Assembly (NCBI GenBank): GCA_002424625.1
Contig: DIKR01000071.1
Location: 97,392-151,502 of the forward strand
Source of the DNA: Desulfuromonadaceae bacterium UBA5613
Lineage (GTDB): Bacteria > Desulfobacterota > Desulfuromonadia > Desulfuromonadales > UBA2197
Reading direction: 5' to 3'
DNA length: 54,111 nt
Shown: positions 27,322 to 36,072 of the stretch, piece by piece
Position numbering within the stretch: the first letter of the stretch is position 1
How the letters are laid out: each line of letters begins with the position of its first letter
The notes under the pieces: model-generated
Told to the model about the DNA's origin: nothing
The model's database searches: none
What the model saw: the letters and a program-made list of their open reading frames with translations, nothing else
Position numbers and translations under genes: made by a program

Positions 27322-28129
27322 GGCTTTTTACGGCTTGCAAGACCGGCCCTTCAGCAAGACTCCTGATCCGCGCTTCCTTTTTCTAAGCGGGACGCATCGG
27401 GAAGCATTGGCGCGTTTGGTCCATGCTGTGGAAGAACGGGACCTGATCCTTCTGACCGGGGATATCGGTTGCGGTAAGACCACCCTTTCCCGGGCCTTGA
27501 TGGATGAACTCGGCGACGATTACAAGGTTCTCCTGCTGGTCAATCCGCGCTTAACGCCCATCGAATTTTTGCGAACCCTGGCCCTGCGCCTCGATATTGC
27601 CGAACCGTCGCGATTCAAGACCGACCTTTTGGAAGAGATTGGCGGAGCGCTTTATGCTGCTTATGAAAAGGGAATCTGTCCGGTCCTGGTGATAGATGAG
27701 GCTCAACTCGTCCCTTATAAAGAAACTTTTGACGAGATCCGCCTTCTCACCAATTTTCAGCTGGATGACCGTAATCTCCTCAGTGTTGTTCTCATGGGGC
27801 AACCGGAGTTGCGGCGGCGTCTGGCGCATCATGCTTATGAACCCTTGCGGCAACGGATTGGCATGCAATATGCGCTCAAACCGTTATCGCTGGTCGAGAC
27901 CGGTGAATATCTCGATTTTCGTTTAGCGGTGGCGGGTGGAAAGCCGGGGCTCTTTTTGCCGGAAGCGGTGGAACTCCTTTACCGGTTCTCTTCCGGCGTC
28001 CCCCGACGCATCAATCACATTGCCTCCCTGGCGTTGCTTGAGGGATTCGGTCGTGAAGCCCGGCACATTAGCGCCAAGATCCTCGACGCAATCCTCAGTG
28101 AACTTAACCTTGTCGCTAAGAGCGGATGA
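27314..28129 (+). CDS. ExeA/GspA/MshM-like AAA+ ATPase (ATPase module only)
   Basis: MYEAFYGLQDRPF N-terminus typical of ExeA. Walker A GDIGCGKTT and Walker B VLVIDEAQ. The ATG at 27314 overlaps the cheA stop (27319-27321). Confidence 0.75.
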   Translation: MYEAFYGLQDRPFSKTPDPRFLFLSGTHREALARLVHAVEERDLILLTGDIGCGKTTLSRALMDELGDDYKVLLLVNPRLTPIEFLRTLALRLDIAEPSRFKTDLLEEIGGALYAAYEKGICPVLVIDEAQLVPYKETFDEIRLLTNFQLDDRNLLSVVLMGQPELRRRLAHHAYEPLRQRIGMQYALKPLSLVETGEYLDFRLAVAGGKPGLFLPEAVELLYRFSSGVPRRINHIASLALLEGFGREARHISAKILDAILSELNLVAKSG

Positions 28130-28132
28130 TCG

Positions 28133-28870
28133 ATGAATATTGCCGAAATCAGAAAGAAAGCCCGGGATGATAAGGCGGAATCCAGGATTTGCGAGTCGGA
28201 ACCCCTGAGTGGCGCGGTGACTCCCAAAGAGGTCGCGTCTGCCGCCGGGTCGTTGCCACCGTTGGTGATACAACCGTTATCGCCTCCGCTTGCGGAATCG
28301 CCGGCAGCAGCTCCCGTCGCGGAAAGAGAGCTGCTCGCAGTTGGCAACGATCGTCTCGATCAGCTCTTTTCCTGGGTGCCGCAGGCGGAGGACCTTCTGC
28401 TTGAGAGCTCCATCGGTGAGGCAAGGGTTGAAGTCGCAGCGCGACGTTGGCTGTCATTTTCTCTGGGGAGCGAAGATTATGCCCTAGACATCAGTCTGAT
28501 TCGCGAAATTCTTAAACCTCGTGAGATTACAGCAATCCCCCGGGTGCCGGACTTTCTACTCGGTATCATCTCCTTGCGCGGCAACATTATCCCCATCTTC
28601 GATCTCAAAAGAAGGTTGGGTCTGGGGGTGGTGACGGTTGACGAGGATTCACGGATTATTGTGTGTCAGGAAGGCGAACTCCTCGCCGGCCTTTTGATCG
28701 ACCGGATTACGCAAGTGACATCCATTCAGGAAGAAGGGATTGAGCCGCCACCGGCAATTTTTTCCGGTCGGGATCGGGCCTTGCTCGATGGTGTTGGGCG
28801 TGTTCAGGGAAAAGTGCTGATATTGCTGAATATAGCCAATGTTTTAACGATCGACTCGAATGGTTTATGA
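28133..28870 (+). CDS. cheW: CheW-like coupling protein with a ~100-aa N-terminal extension
   Basis: CheW core YALDISLIREILKPREITAIPRVPDFLLGIISLRGNIIPIFDLKRRLG. The N-terminal region is low-complexity and Pro/Ala-rich. Confidence 0.85.
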   Translation: MNIAEIRKKARDDKAESRICESEPLSGAVTPKEVASAAGSLPPLVIQPLSPPLAESPAAAPVAERELLAVGNDRLDQLFSWVPQAEDLLLESSIGEARVEVAARRWLSFSLGSEDYALDISLIREILKPREITAIPRVPDFLLGIISLRGNIIPIFDLKRRLGLGVVTVDEDSRIIVCQEGELLAGLLIDRITQVTSIQEEGIEPPPAIFSGRDRALLDGVGRVQGKVLILLNIANVLTIDSNGL

Positions 28871-28889
28871 GGAGAAAGGGGAGCATAAC

Positions 28890-29261
28890 ATGGCAAAGCA
28901 AAAGATTATGGTGGTAGAAGATGAGGAGAGCCTGCTTAAGTTGGAAAGCATTTTGTTGACCTCTCGCGGTTATCAGGTTTGCAGCATGCGCAATGGGAGA
29001 GATGCCTTGGAAAGCATTGCAACAGAGAAACCTGATCTCGTCCTCCTTGATGTTATGTTGCCTGAAATCGATGGATTTGAAGTCTGCCGCCAGATCAAGG
29101 AAAACCCTTTGACCAGCCATATCCCCGTTGTTCTTCTCACCGCAAAAAAGGGGCGGGAAGATATGGCGAAAGGGGAAGAGGTCAAGGCGGACTGGTACAT
29201 CACTAAACCGTTTAAATCAGCGATGGTGATTGAAACTATTCAGAGGTTTTTGAACCGATGA
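28890..29261 (+). CDS. Single-domain response regulator
   Basis: IMVVEDEE, VLLDVMLP, LLTAK and YITKPF. ATG 28890 with a GGAGAAAGGGGA RBS is preferred over the ORF start 28860. Confidence 0.85.
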   Translation: MAKQKIMVVEDEESLLKLESILLTSRGYQVCSMRNGRDALESIATEKPDLVLLDVMLPEIDGFEVCRQIKENPLTSHIPVVLLTAKKGREDMAKGEEVKADWYITKPFKSAMVIETIQRFLNR

Positions 29262-29800
29262 TCGGCCATTTTGGAGAAAATGATCTGCAGGAAACGGATA
29301 GAAAGATGGTTCGTGCCGAGGTCAAACTCGCCACCTTTCGTGTTGGCAGCGCTCTTTATGCCATCGACATTCTGCGCATCAAGGAGATTATTCGTCCGAT
29401 CAAGGTGACCTCAGTCCCGAATTCTCCACCATATATCGAGGGGGTCGTCAATTTACGGGGGGCGGTGATTCCGGTCATCGATTTGCGTAAGCGTTTTGTC
29501 GTTGCCACCACTGTTGACGGTCGCTTGACGCGTATCGTCATCTGTCTGGTCTTCCGCCGTCTTTTTGCTCTGGTTGTTGATGAGGTCGTCGAAGTTCGCA
29601 GTTATGTCAGGGAGGAATTACATCCCCCCCCGAAATTTTTTCAGGGGCAGGAGACCGATATCTTTCTTGGAGTCGCACACCGTGCCGACGATCTTTTGAT
29701 GATCCTTGATCTGGAGCGTTTTTTGTCTTTGTCGCGAATGGTCGACTTCATCCCTCCATCGGGCATGCTGGATGACCGTTCTGCTATTTCCCTGTCATAG
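29258..29800 (+). CDS. cheW: CheW coupling protein
   Basis: YAIDILRIKEIIRPIKVTSVPNSPPYIEGVVNLRGAVIPVIDLRKRF. ATGA overlap with the preceding receiver gene. Confidence 0.85.
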   Translation: MIGHFGENDLQETDRKMVRAEVKLATFRVGSALYAIDILRIKEIIRPIKVTSVPNSPPYIEGVVNLRGAVIPVIDLRKRFVVATTVDGRLTRIVICLVFRRLFALVVDEVVEVRSYVREELHPPPKFFQGQETDIFLGVAHRADDLLMILDLERFLSLSRMVDFIPPSGMLDDRSAISLS

Positions 29801-29815
29801 GTTATCGAGGGATTC

Positions 29816-30718
29816 ATGATTATCAGTTGTCACCATTGCGGAAAACATGTTCGTATCGATGTCGTCAAATATTCAGGAAAGCGGATAAAGTTGCGTTGCA
29901 GTCACTGTAGCACAGCTTCTGTGGCAGAGGTTCCGATTCAGACCGGCAGCGCCGCAAACAGGTCGGAGCTGTCGCGATCGCAAGTCCTTATTGCTCATAG
30001 TGACCCCGTTCTTTGTAGTACCGTCGGGAGTATCCTTGGCAATCATGGTTTCTTGTGGCAGGCGTGTCATGATGGTGAAACCGCCTTGGAATTTATGGAT
30101 CGTCAGCCCCCGCAGGTTGCCATTGTTGATGTGGCTCTTCCCGGCCTTTTTGCTTTTGAGGTGGTTGAAAAGGTCCGCAAACGTCCAGGGCTTGAAGGTG
30201 TCAAGATCATGCTTTTGAGCTCGGTTTACAATAAAATGGCTTACAAGCGTCGTCCAACCACGCTTTACGGCGCCGACGATTATATCGAAAAGCACCATAT
30301 ACCCCTTGATTTAATAGCAAAAATACATAAGTTAATTGAAAGAAACTGTCACGAAGTGAAAGGGGGAGCGATTGCTCCCGAGGAAGTATCGACCCGTTTG
30401 GAGATAGATGAACTTAAGACCCGGTTGAAAAATGCCGAAGAGTCGGAGAGGATTCTGGCTCCCCTTGAACTTGCAGAGTTGGCGAAGGCGCAACGTCTGG
30501 CTCGAATCATCGCCTCTGATATCTCCTTGTACGATGAAGCCAAGGTGAAAGAAGGGATTCGCTCGGGAACTTTTTTTGAACTCTTTGCAGAGGAAATAGC
30601 TGAAGGACGGCAACACTTTCTAGCCCGGATTCCAGAAACCGTTCCCCGCCGTATCGCGATTCTTGATGAAGCATTTAACGAATTAATCGAACACTTTCGT
30701 CGTGAAAATCATTTGTAA
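29816..30718 (+). CDS. MJ0042-type zinc-ribbon protein with a receiver-like domain and a helical C-terminal region
   Basis: CHHCG...CSHC zinc ribbon at the N-terminus. The receiver-like core is VLIAHSD, VAIVDVALPG, IMLLSS and ADDYIEKH. The C-terminus is charged and helical. Confidence 0.6.
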   Translation: MIISCHHCGKHVRIDVVKYSGKRIKLRCSHCSTASVAEVPIQTGSAANRSELSRSQVLIAHSDPVLCSTVGSILGNHGFLWQACHDGETALEFMDRQPPQVAIVDVALPGLFAFEVVEKVRKRPGLEGVKIMLLSSVYNKMAYKRRPTTLYGADDYIEKHHIPLDLIAKIHKLIERNCHEVKGGAIAPEEVSTRLEIDELKTRLKNAEESERILAPLELAELAKAQRLARIIASDISLYDEAKVKEGIRSGTFFELFAEEIAEGRQHFLARIPETVPRRIAILDEAFNELIEHFRRENHL

Positions 30719-30743
30719 TCTGTAGGTTACGGAGTTACTCGTT

Positions 30744-32753
30744 GTGAATCGTTGTCTTTTGATACAAACGGCCCTTCTGTCAACAGACGAAGAGATTCGC
30801 TTGAGCGGTCTGCAAAGTCTTTACCACTACGACGGTGAAAAGCGCATCGATTTGATCTGTGCGGCACTGGGTGATAACAGTTGGCGCATTCGCAAGGAAG
30901 CGATCAATCTCTTTCTCTCTCTTCCCTGTGCCGTTGCTTCTGCTGAGCGCATCCTTGTCCTCCTTTATGATGAAGAAAATGCTGGTCTGCGGAATGCAGC
31001 GGCTGAAATTCTGGTAAAACTGGGTCATGTCGTCCTCCCGATCTTGTTCCGCTCCGCCGATTCACCCGACCCTGACGTTCGTAAATTTATTCTCGATATT
31101 TTGGGCGATATCGGCGATCAACAGGCGACGCCATTGCTGTTACGTTTGCTGCAGAATGATGATGAGACCAATGTTCGTGCTGCTGCGGCGGAAAATCTCG
31201 GCAAGATTCGGGATGCCAGCGCTGTGCCGGTTATGGTCAGCGCCTTGTCGACGCCTGATCTGCTTGTGCAGTTCAGTCTCCTTGATGCCCTGGCCCGGAT
31301 TGGCAGTGTGATTCCCGTGGCGGGTCTTGTCGGTCTGGGCGAAAACAGGTTGTTAAAAAAACCCCTCTTCGATCTTTTGGGCCGGATCGGTGACGAAACG
31401 GCGATTTCTCCCCTGGTGGCCGGGTTGCATGATCCGATGCGTAACGTCCGTGAGGCAGCAATTCTGGCATTGCAGAGCCTGGTGTCCCGTTGTGGCGAGA
31501 AGGTTCTGGTCGGACAGTTGACCGCAACCGACCTGGATGGGGTCATCGCGTTACTATCGAGTTCGTCACTGCCGGTGCAGAAAGCGGCTCTGTCCATCCT
31601 CGGCAGGCATTGTGATCGAGAGCGCGCCCTTCTTCTGTCATCCTATCTCGACGACGACCACCTTGCTGCTGATGTTGTGACTATTTTTCTGGCAAGGGGG
31701 CACGATGACGTTGCCGACCTCACCATGTGCTGGGTCGGCGCATCCGAGAAGAAAAAAGCGTATCTTGCTTATCTCTTTGGTGCAATGGGGGTTGAAAGTG
31801 CTGTTAATCTGCTTGTTTCTGAATTGAAAACAGCGGACGATTTTTTGCGGACCATTCTTCTCCGCACCCTGGGACAGGTCGGAAGGATTGAAGATATTGC
31901 CATTTTGGCGGGTTATCTTGAGGATTCTGAAGATGATGTCCGGCAAGCGGCGGTTGAAGGTCTGGTGAATATCGCGAAACGGTTTCACGCTTCAGTTATC
32001 GATCTGGTGCGCAATGCTTTAGCTCATGTTGAGCCCCCGATTCGTCAGGCTGCCCTTCAGGTCCTGGGCCGCCTTGGCGGGGCGGAGTCAGAAGCCCTGC
32101 TGTTGCTGGCGATGAAGGATGAATCCTCACTGGTCAGGCGTGCGGCTATTTGCTACCTCGATGGACGCAACCCGCACCATTATCCGGCGCTGACCTTGGC
32201 GTTAACGGATGAGGAGAGTGATGTCAGGCGCCAGGCCATTGAAACCCTGGCCATGAGTGCCGTTCGCTCCTTGACCGAGCCTCTCATGCTTGTGTTGCAG
32301 GACGAGGACCCCTGGGTCCGGGCTGCCGCTGTCCGTGCTCTTGGGCATTTTGGCGGGAGCGAGGCTCTGGCCGCCGTCCGCAGTGGTCTGCGTGACCCGG
32401 TTGGACTGGTGGCGATAGCGGCCGTGGAGACTTTGACAAAGGAGGATATCCCTTTTGATCAGAAGGAGCTGGCCGCTCAACTTGGTCATGCTGATGATGA
32501 TGTTGTTCTGGCATTGTTGAAGGAGTTATCAACATCGTCTGACACTTTCTGGCTTGGGCAGTGGGGGGAGAAGTTGTTGGGACACCAGCACTGGTTGATC
32601 CGGCAGAAGGTCGCGGAGATAATCGGTCACCGGGGGACAGCAGAGGGACGGGTCCTTTTGCAGCAGCGCTTGCTGCTAGAGGAAGAGGAGATCGTGCGCA
32701 CCGCCCTTCATCAGGGACTGAGCGCCTTTGCCTGCGCCGGGGAGAGCGACTAG
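30744..32753 (+). CDS. HEAT-repeat (PBS-lyase-type) protein
   Basis: 669 aa with a GTG start. Many repeats of the form D(x)xxVRxxAaxaLGxiG (e.g. DPDVRKFILDILGDIGD, NVRAAAAENLGKIRD, DPWVRAAAVRALGHFGG). Confidence 0.75.
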   Translation: MNRCLLIQTALLSTDEEIRLSGLQSLYHYDGEKRIDLICAALGDNSWRIRKEAINLFLSLPCAVASAERILVLLYDEENAGLRNAAAEILVKLGHVVLPILFRSADSPDPDVRKFILDILGDIGDQQATPLLLRLLQNDDETNVRAAAAENLGKIRDASAVPVMVSALSTPDLLVQFSLLDALARIGSVIPVAGLVGLGENRLLKKPLFDLLGRIGDETAISPLVAGLHDPMRNVREAAILALQSLVSRCGEKVLVGQLTATDLDGVIALLSSSSLPVQKAALSILGRHCDRERALLLSSYLDDDHLAADVVTIFLARGHDDVADLTMCWVGASEKKKAYLAYLFGAMGVESAVNLLVSELKTADDFLRTILLRTLGQVGRIEDIAILAGYLEDSEDDVRQAAVEGLVNIAKRFHASVIDLVRNALAHVEPPIRQAALQVLGRLGGAESEALLLLAMKDESSLVRRAAICYLDGRNPHHYPALTLALTDEESDVRRQAIETLAMSAVRSLTEPLMLVLQDEDPWVRAAAVRALGHFGGSEALAAVRSGLRDPVGLVAIAAVETLTKEDIPFDQKELAAQLGHADDDVVLALLKELSTSSDTFWLGQWGEKLLGHQHWLIRQKVAEIIGHRGTAEGRVLLQQRLLLEEEEIVRTALHQGLSAFACAGESD

Positions 32754-33635
32754 ATGCTCTTCTTTGCTCCGGATATTCCCTTGCCGGATGAGGAGTTCCG
32801 CTTGCTGCGTGATCTTGTCTATCAGCACTGCGGCTTGTATTTCCACGAAGAGAACCGCTATCTTCTCGAAAAAAGGCTGTCCAAACGGGTACAACAACTC
32901 CAACTGAAAAACTTTAAAGATTATTATTATCTTCTACGTTATAGTCCCCAGCGCGAAAACGAGTTGACAGAAGTCGTCAATACCCTGACCACGAATGAGA
33001 CCTATTTTTTTCGCGAAGATTTTCAGCTCAAAACGTTTGTCCGGGAAATACTGCCGGAGATTCGGGCCCAAAAAGAGCAGGAAGGGGAGCGTCGTCTGCG
33101 GATCTGGAGTGCGGGGTGTTCTTCCGGCGAAGAACCTTATACTCTGGCCATGCTTCTCCTCGATATACCGGCCTTTCAGGGGTGGCAGATTGAAATTATC
33201 GGTACCGATATCAGCCAAAGGGTTTTGAATCTGGCCCGCAAAGGGGTGTACGGCACGTCGTCTTTCCGGACAACCGACGACGATTACCTGCGGCGATTTT
33301 TTGTCGAGTATGAAGGTAAATACAAGATCGTCGACCGCGTCAAAAATCTGGTGACAATTAGTCATCTTAATCTCTTTGATACAACCAAAGTTTCTCTTCT
33401 TGGCAAGATGGATGTCGTCTTTTGTCGTAATGTTATTATCTATTTTGATGCAACCGGAAAAAAACGGGTGATCGATACATTTTATCAACGTTTGCGCCCG
33501 GACGGTTTTTTACTCCTCGGCCATTCCGAGTCACTCATGAATATTACGAACCAATTTTCCTTGCGCCATTTCACCCATGACATGGTCTACCAGCGGCCTC
33601 CTGTCGGTGCGTCTTTGTTCCCGGAGGGATTATGA
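32754..33635 (+). CDS. cheR: Chemotaxis protein methyltransferase CheR
   Basis: TNETYFFRE and the SAM-binding IWSAGCSSGEEPYTLAM motif. It starts immediately after the HEAT-protein stop codon. Confidence 0.9.
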   Translation: MLFFAPDIPLPDEEFRLLRDLVYQHCGLYFHEENRYLLEKRLSKRVQQLQLKNFKDYYYLLRYSPQRENELTEVVNTLTTNETYFFREDFQLKTFVREILPEIRAQKEQEGERRLRIWSAGCSSGEEPYTLAMLLLDIPAFQGWQIEIIGTDISQRVLNLARKGVYGTSSFRTTDDDYLRRFFVEYEGKYKIVDRVKNLVTISHLNLFDTTKVSLLGKMDVVFCRNVIIYFDATGKKRVIDTFYQRLRPDGFLLLGHSESLMNITNQFSLRHFTHDMVYQRPPVGASLFPEGL

Positions 33636-34702
33636 GTTCAACAATCCGGGTCCTGGTTGTTGATGATTCCGCCTATAACCGGCGAACGATCATCAAGATG
33701 CTGGAGGCGGTCCCCGGCATTGAGGTCGTCGGTTATGCCTGTGACGGAGAAGAGGGGCTGCGTAAAGTCTTTGACTTGCATCCGGATCTGATCACCCTGG
33801 ATCTGGAGATGCCGCGGATGGACGGTTTCACCTTCCTGCGGATCGTTATGGCCGGACGTCCGACCCCGGTTATTGTTATCTCGGCGCGTTCCGAGGACGA
33901 AAATGTTTTCCGTGCCCTTGATTTTGGAGCTGTCGATTTTGTCGCCAAGCCCTCGGCGCGGATTTCTCCCGAACTCTTTAATATTCGAGAAGACTTGGTA
34001 CGCAAGGTCCTTTCCGGCGGCCGGGCCGACATGAGCAAAGTGCTGCAACGCAACCGCCAGGTTGAGACCCTGGTGCCGCTGAGCATCGCCGCCCGTAAAA
34101 GTGGAGAGCAATTTTCGAGCGTCAAACAAACGACAGCCCTGGTCGTTATCGGCGCTTCAACCGGGGGGCCGCCAGCGTTACAAACGATCTTTTCCGCCAT
34201 TCGCGAGCCCCTGCCGGTGGCGTTTGCTATCGCCCAACACATGCCCCCGGGGTTCACCCGGGCTTTTGCCGAGCGGATGAACAAGCTTTCGGCACTGACG
34301 ATCTCTGAGGCCGCCGATGGGGATCTGGTCCTGCCGGGGAAGGTCTTTATTGCTCCCGGCGGGAAGAACCTGGTCTTTGAGCGAAGCGGGCACGAGATCC
34401 GGATCAGAGTGGTCAACCCATCCCCGGCACAGCGGTATGTTCCCTCTGTCGATGTTCTCTTTACCTCGGCCGCGGAAACCTTTGCCGCCAACACCGTTGC
34501 GGTTGTTCTTACCGGGATGGGGAATGACGGCCACCAGGGAGTTATGGCGGTTAAAAAGGCGGGGGGGACCGTGATTGCTGAATCGGAAGAGAGCAGTGTG
34601 GTCTTTGGTATGCCCAAGGAAGCGATTGCGACCGGATGTGTCGATACAGTCGTCCCCCTGGCTTTGGTCTGTGGAGAAATAATGCGCAAGAGCGGTCTTT
34701 AA
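33632..34702 (+). CDS. cheB: Protein-glutamate methylesterase CheB
   Basis: Receiver domain (VLVVDDS, ITLDLEMP) plus an esterase domain (IGASTGGPPAL, HMPPGFT, GMGNDG). ATGA overlap with cheR. Confidence 0.92.
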   Translation: MSSTIRVLVVDDSAYNRRTIIKMLEAVPGIEVVGYACDGEEGLRKVFDLHPDLITLDLEMPRMDGFTFLRIVMAGRPTPVIVISARSEDENVFRALDFGAVDFVAKPSARISPELFNIREDLVRKVLSGGRADMSKVLQRNRQVETLVPLSIAARKSGEQFSSVKQTTALVVIGASTGGPPALQTIFSAIREPLPVAFAIAQHMPPGFTRAFAERMNKLSALTISEAADGDLVLPGKVFIAPGGKNLVFERSGHEIRIRVVNPSPAQRYVPSVDVLFTSAAETFAANTVAVVLTGMGNDGHQGVMAVKKAGGTVIAESEESSVVFGMPKEAIATGCVDTVVPLALVCGEIMRKSGL

Positions 34703-34751
34703 ATTCATGGTAAGCAATTTCTTGTACACCGATAAGGAAGGAGATCACTTT

Positions 34752-35573
34752 ATGAGTGAACAGGACGACGACAAGAGCGCCAGCCGTCGCGCTGAAGAGT
34801 TTCTACAGGTTTTTAAGAGAGGGGCGGATTTTACCCAGGATCTGCTCAAGGAGAATGAGCGGCTGCGTTTCTCTCTCCTTCAGCTTGAAGGTCAGTTAAA
34901 GAGCGGCAGCAATGCCGATAACGAGGAAACCATCCGTATGCGAAAACGGATCGAGGAACTCGAACAGCAAAAGGAAGAGATTCTCGGCCGCGCCCGGAGG
35001 GTCGAAGAAGAGAATGCCGACTTCGCCAATCGCTATGTTGAGATCGAAAATGAAAACAACATGTTGGCGAATTTGTACATCGCTTCTTATCAGTTGCATT
35101 CCACCCTCGACTTTCGCGAAGTCTTGCAGGTTATTACCGAGATTATCATCAATCTGATTGGCGCTGAAGAATTTGCCATCATGTTGCTCGATGAAAAGAC
35201 CAATAAGCTGCAGGCGGTCATGACCGAAGGGCTTGAAATCTCCGAAGTTCCTGCGATCGCCATCGGTGACGGTCTGGTCGGGCAGATGGCCAAGACCGGT
35301 GAGAATTACTTTATCGATCAGATGGATAACTATGAGCGTGATTTCCACCATCCCCTCGTTGTCATCCCCCTGAAGATCAAAGAGCGCGTGATCGGCGTGA
35401 TTGTTATCTATAAACTTCTCGTGCAAAAACCGAAGTTTGCCGAGGTGGATTACGAACTCTTTACGCTTCTGGCGGGGCATGCGGCCACGGCCATCTTCTC
35501 TTCCAAGCTTTATTCGGAGTCAGAACGTAAGCTTTCGACAATCCAAGGTTTTATTGATCTTCTGACCAAGTAA
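34752..35573 (+). CDS. Coiled-coil + GAF domain protein
   Basis: The N-terminal ~110 aa is acidic coiled coil. The C-terminal GAF is REVLQVITEIIINLIGAEEFAIMLLDE...GLVGQMAKTGE...VIGVIVIYK. ATG 34752 with an AAGGAAGGAG RBS is preferred over 34707. Confidence 0.7.
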   Translation: MSEQDDDKSASRRAEEFLQVFKRGADFTQDLLKENERLRFSLLQLEGQLKSGSNADNEETIRMRKRIEELEQQKEEILGRARRVEEENADFANRYVEIENENNMLANLYIASYQLHSTLDFREVLQVITEIIINLIGAEEFAIMLLDEKTNKLQAVMTEGLEISEVPAIAIGDGLVGQMAKTGENYFIDQMDNYERDFHHPLVVIPLKIKERVIGVIVIYKLLVQKPKFAEVDYELFTLLAGHAATAIFSSKLYSESERKLSTIQGFIDLLTK

Positions 35574-35594
35574 TCGTTAACAGGAGCCACGACT

Positions 35595-35975
35595 ATGTCT
35601 AACTATAATGTGTTGATCGTAGAAGATTCTCCGACCATGCGGCAATTGATCGTCTTTGCTTTGAAACGGATCCGGGGACTCACTATCGTCGAGGCGGGGG
35701 ATGGGGTTGACGGTTTAAAAAAACTCTCCGCGACAAAATTTGATATGATTCTGACTGACATCAATATGCCGATTATGGATGGCCTCAAGTTGGTCAGTCT
35801 GGTGCGAAGCGACCCCAATTATGCCGCTGTACCGATCGTGATTATTACCACTGAGGGTGCCAGCGAGGACAAAGAGCGGGCCATTGCATTGGGGGCAAAT
35901 GCATATATTACCAAACCGATCCAGACAACCCAGATCCTTGATGTGACCAGGCGCTTGCTGAATCTGCCCGCCTAA
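35595..35975 (+). CDS. cheY: CheY-like single-domain response regulator
   Basis: VLIVEDS, ILTDINMP, IITTEG and YITKPI. It is similar in sequence to the CheY at 24874..25254. Confidence 0.85.
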   Translation: MSNYNVLIVEDSPTMRQLIVFALKRIRGLTIVEAGDGVDGLKKLSATKFDMILTDINMPIMDGLKLVSLVRSDPNYAAVPIVIITTEGASEDKERAIALGANAYITKPIQTTQILDVTRRLLNLPA

Positions 35976-35998
35976 ACGTGCTGCGTAAAGCAAACAAG

Positions 35999-36027
35999 TT
36001 GAATCTACAGAAAAATCATGCTATACA
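35999..36027 (+). promoter_or_regulatory. Candidate sigma70 promoter for infA
   Basis: TTGAAT-17 nt-TATACA, about 45 nt upstream of the infA start. Consensus match only. Confidence 0.35.
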
Positions 36028-36072
36028 CTCAACCTTGTCTGGATCTACACCCTGTGTTTGACGGAGGAACGT

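Noticed and set aside
23593-35975. Search for a hidden MCP, CheZ/CheC/CheD or flagellar gene inside the che operon, on both strands.
   Set aside because: All minus-strand ORFs there are antisense shadows. No translation contains the conserved MCP signalling-tip pattern (…NLLALNAAIEAARAGE.GRGFAVVA…). The absence is reported as a finding rather than forced into an annotation.
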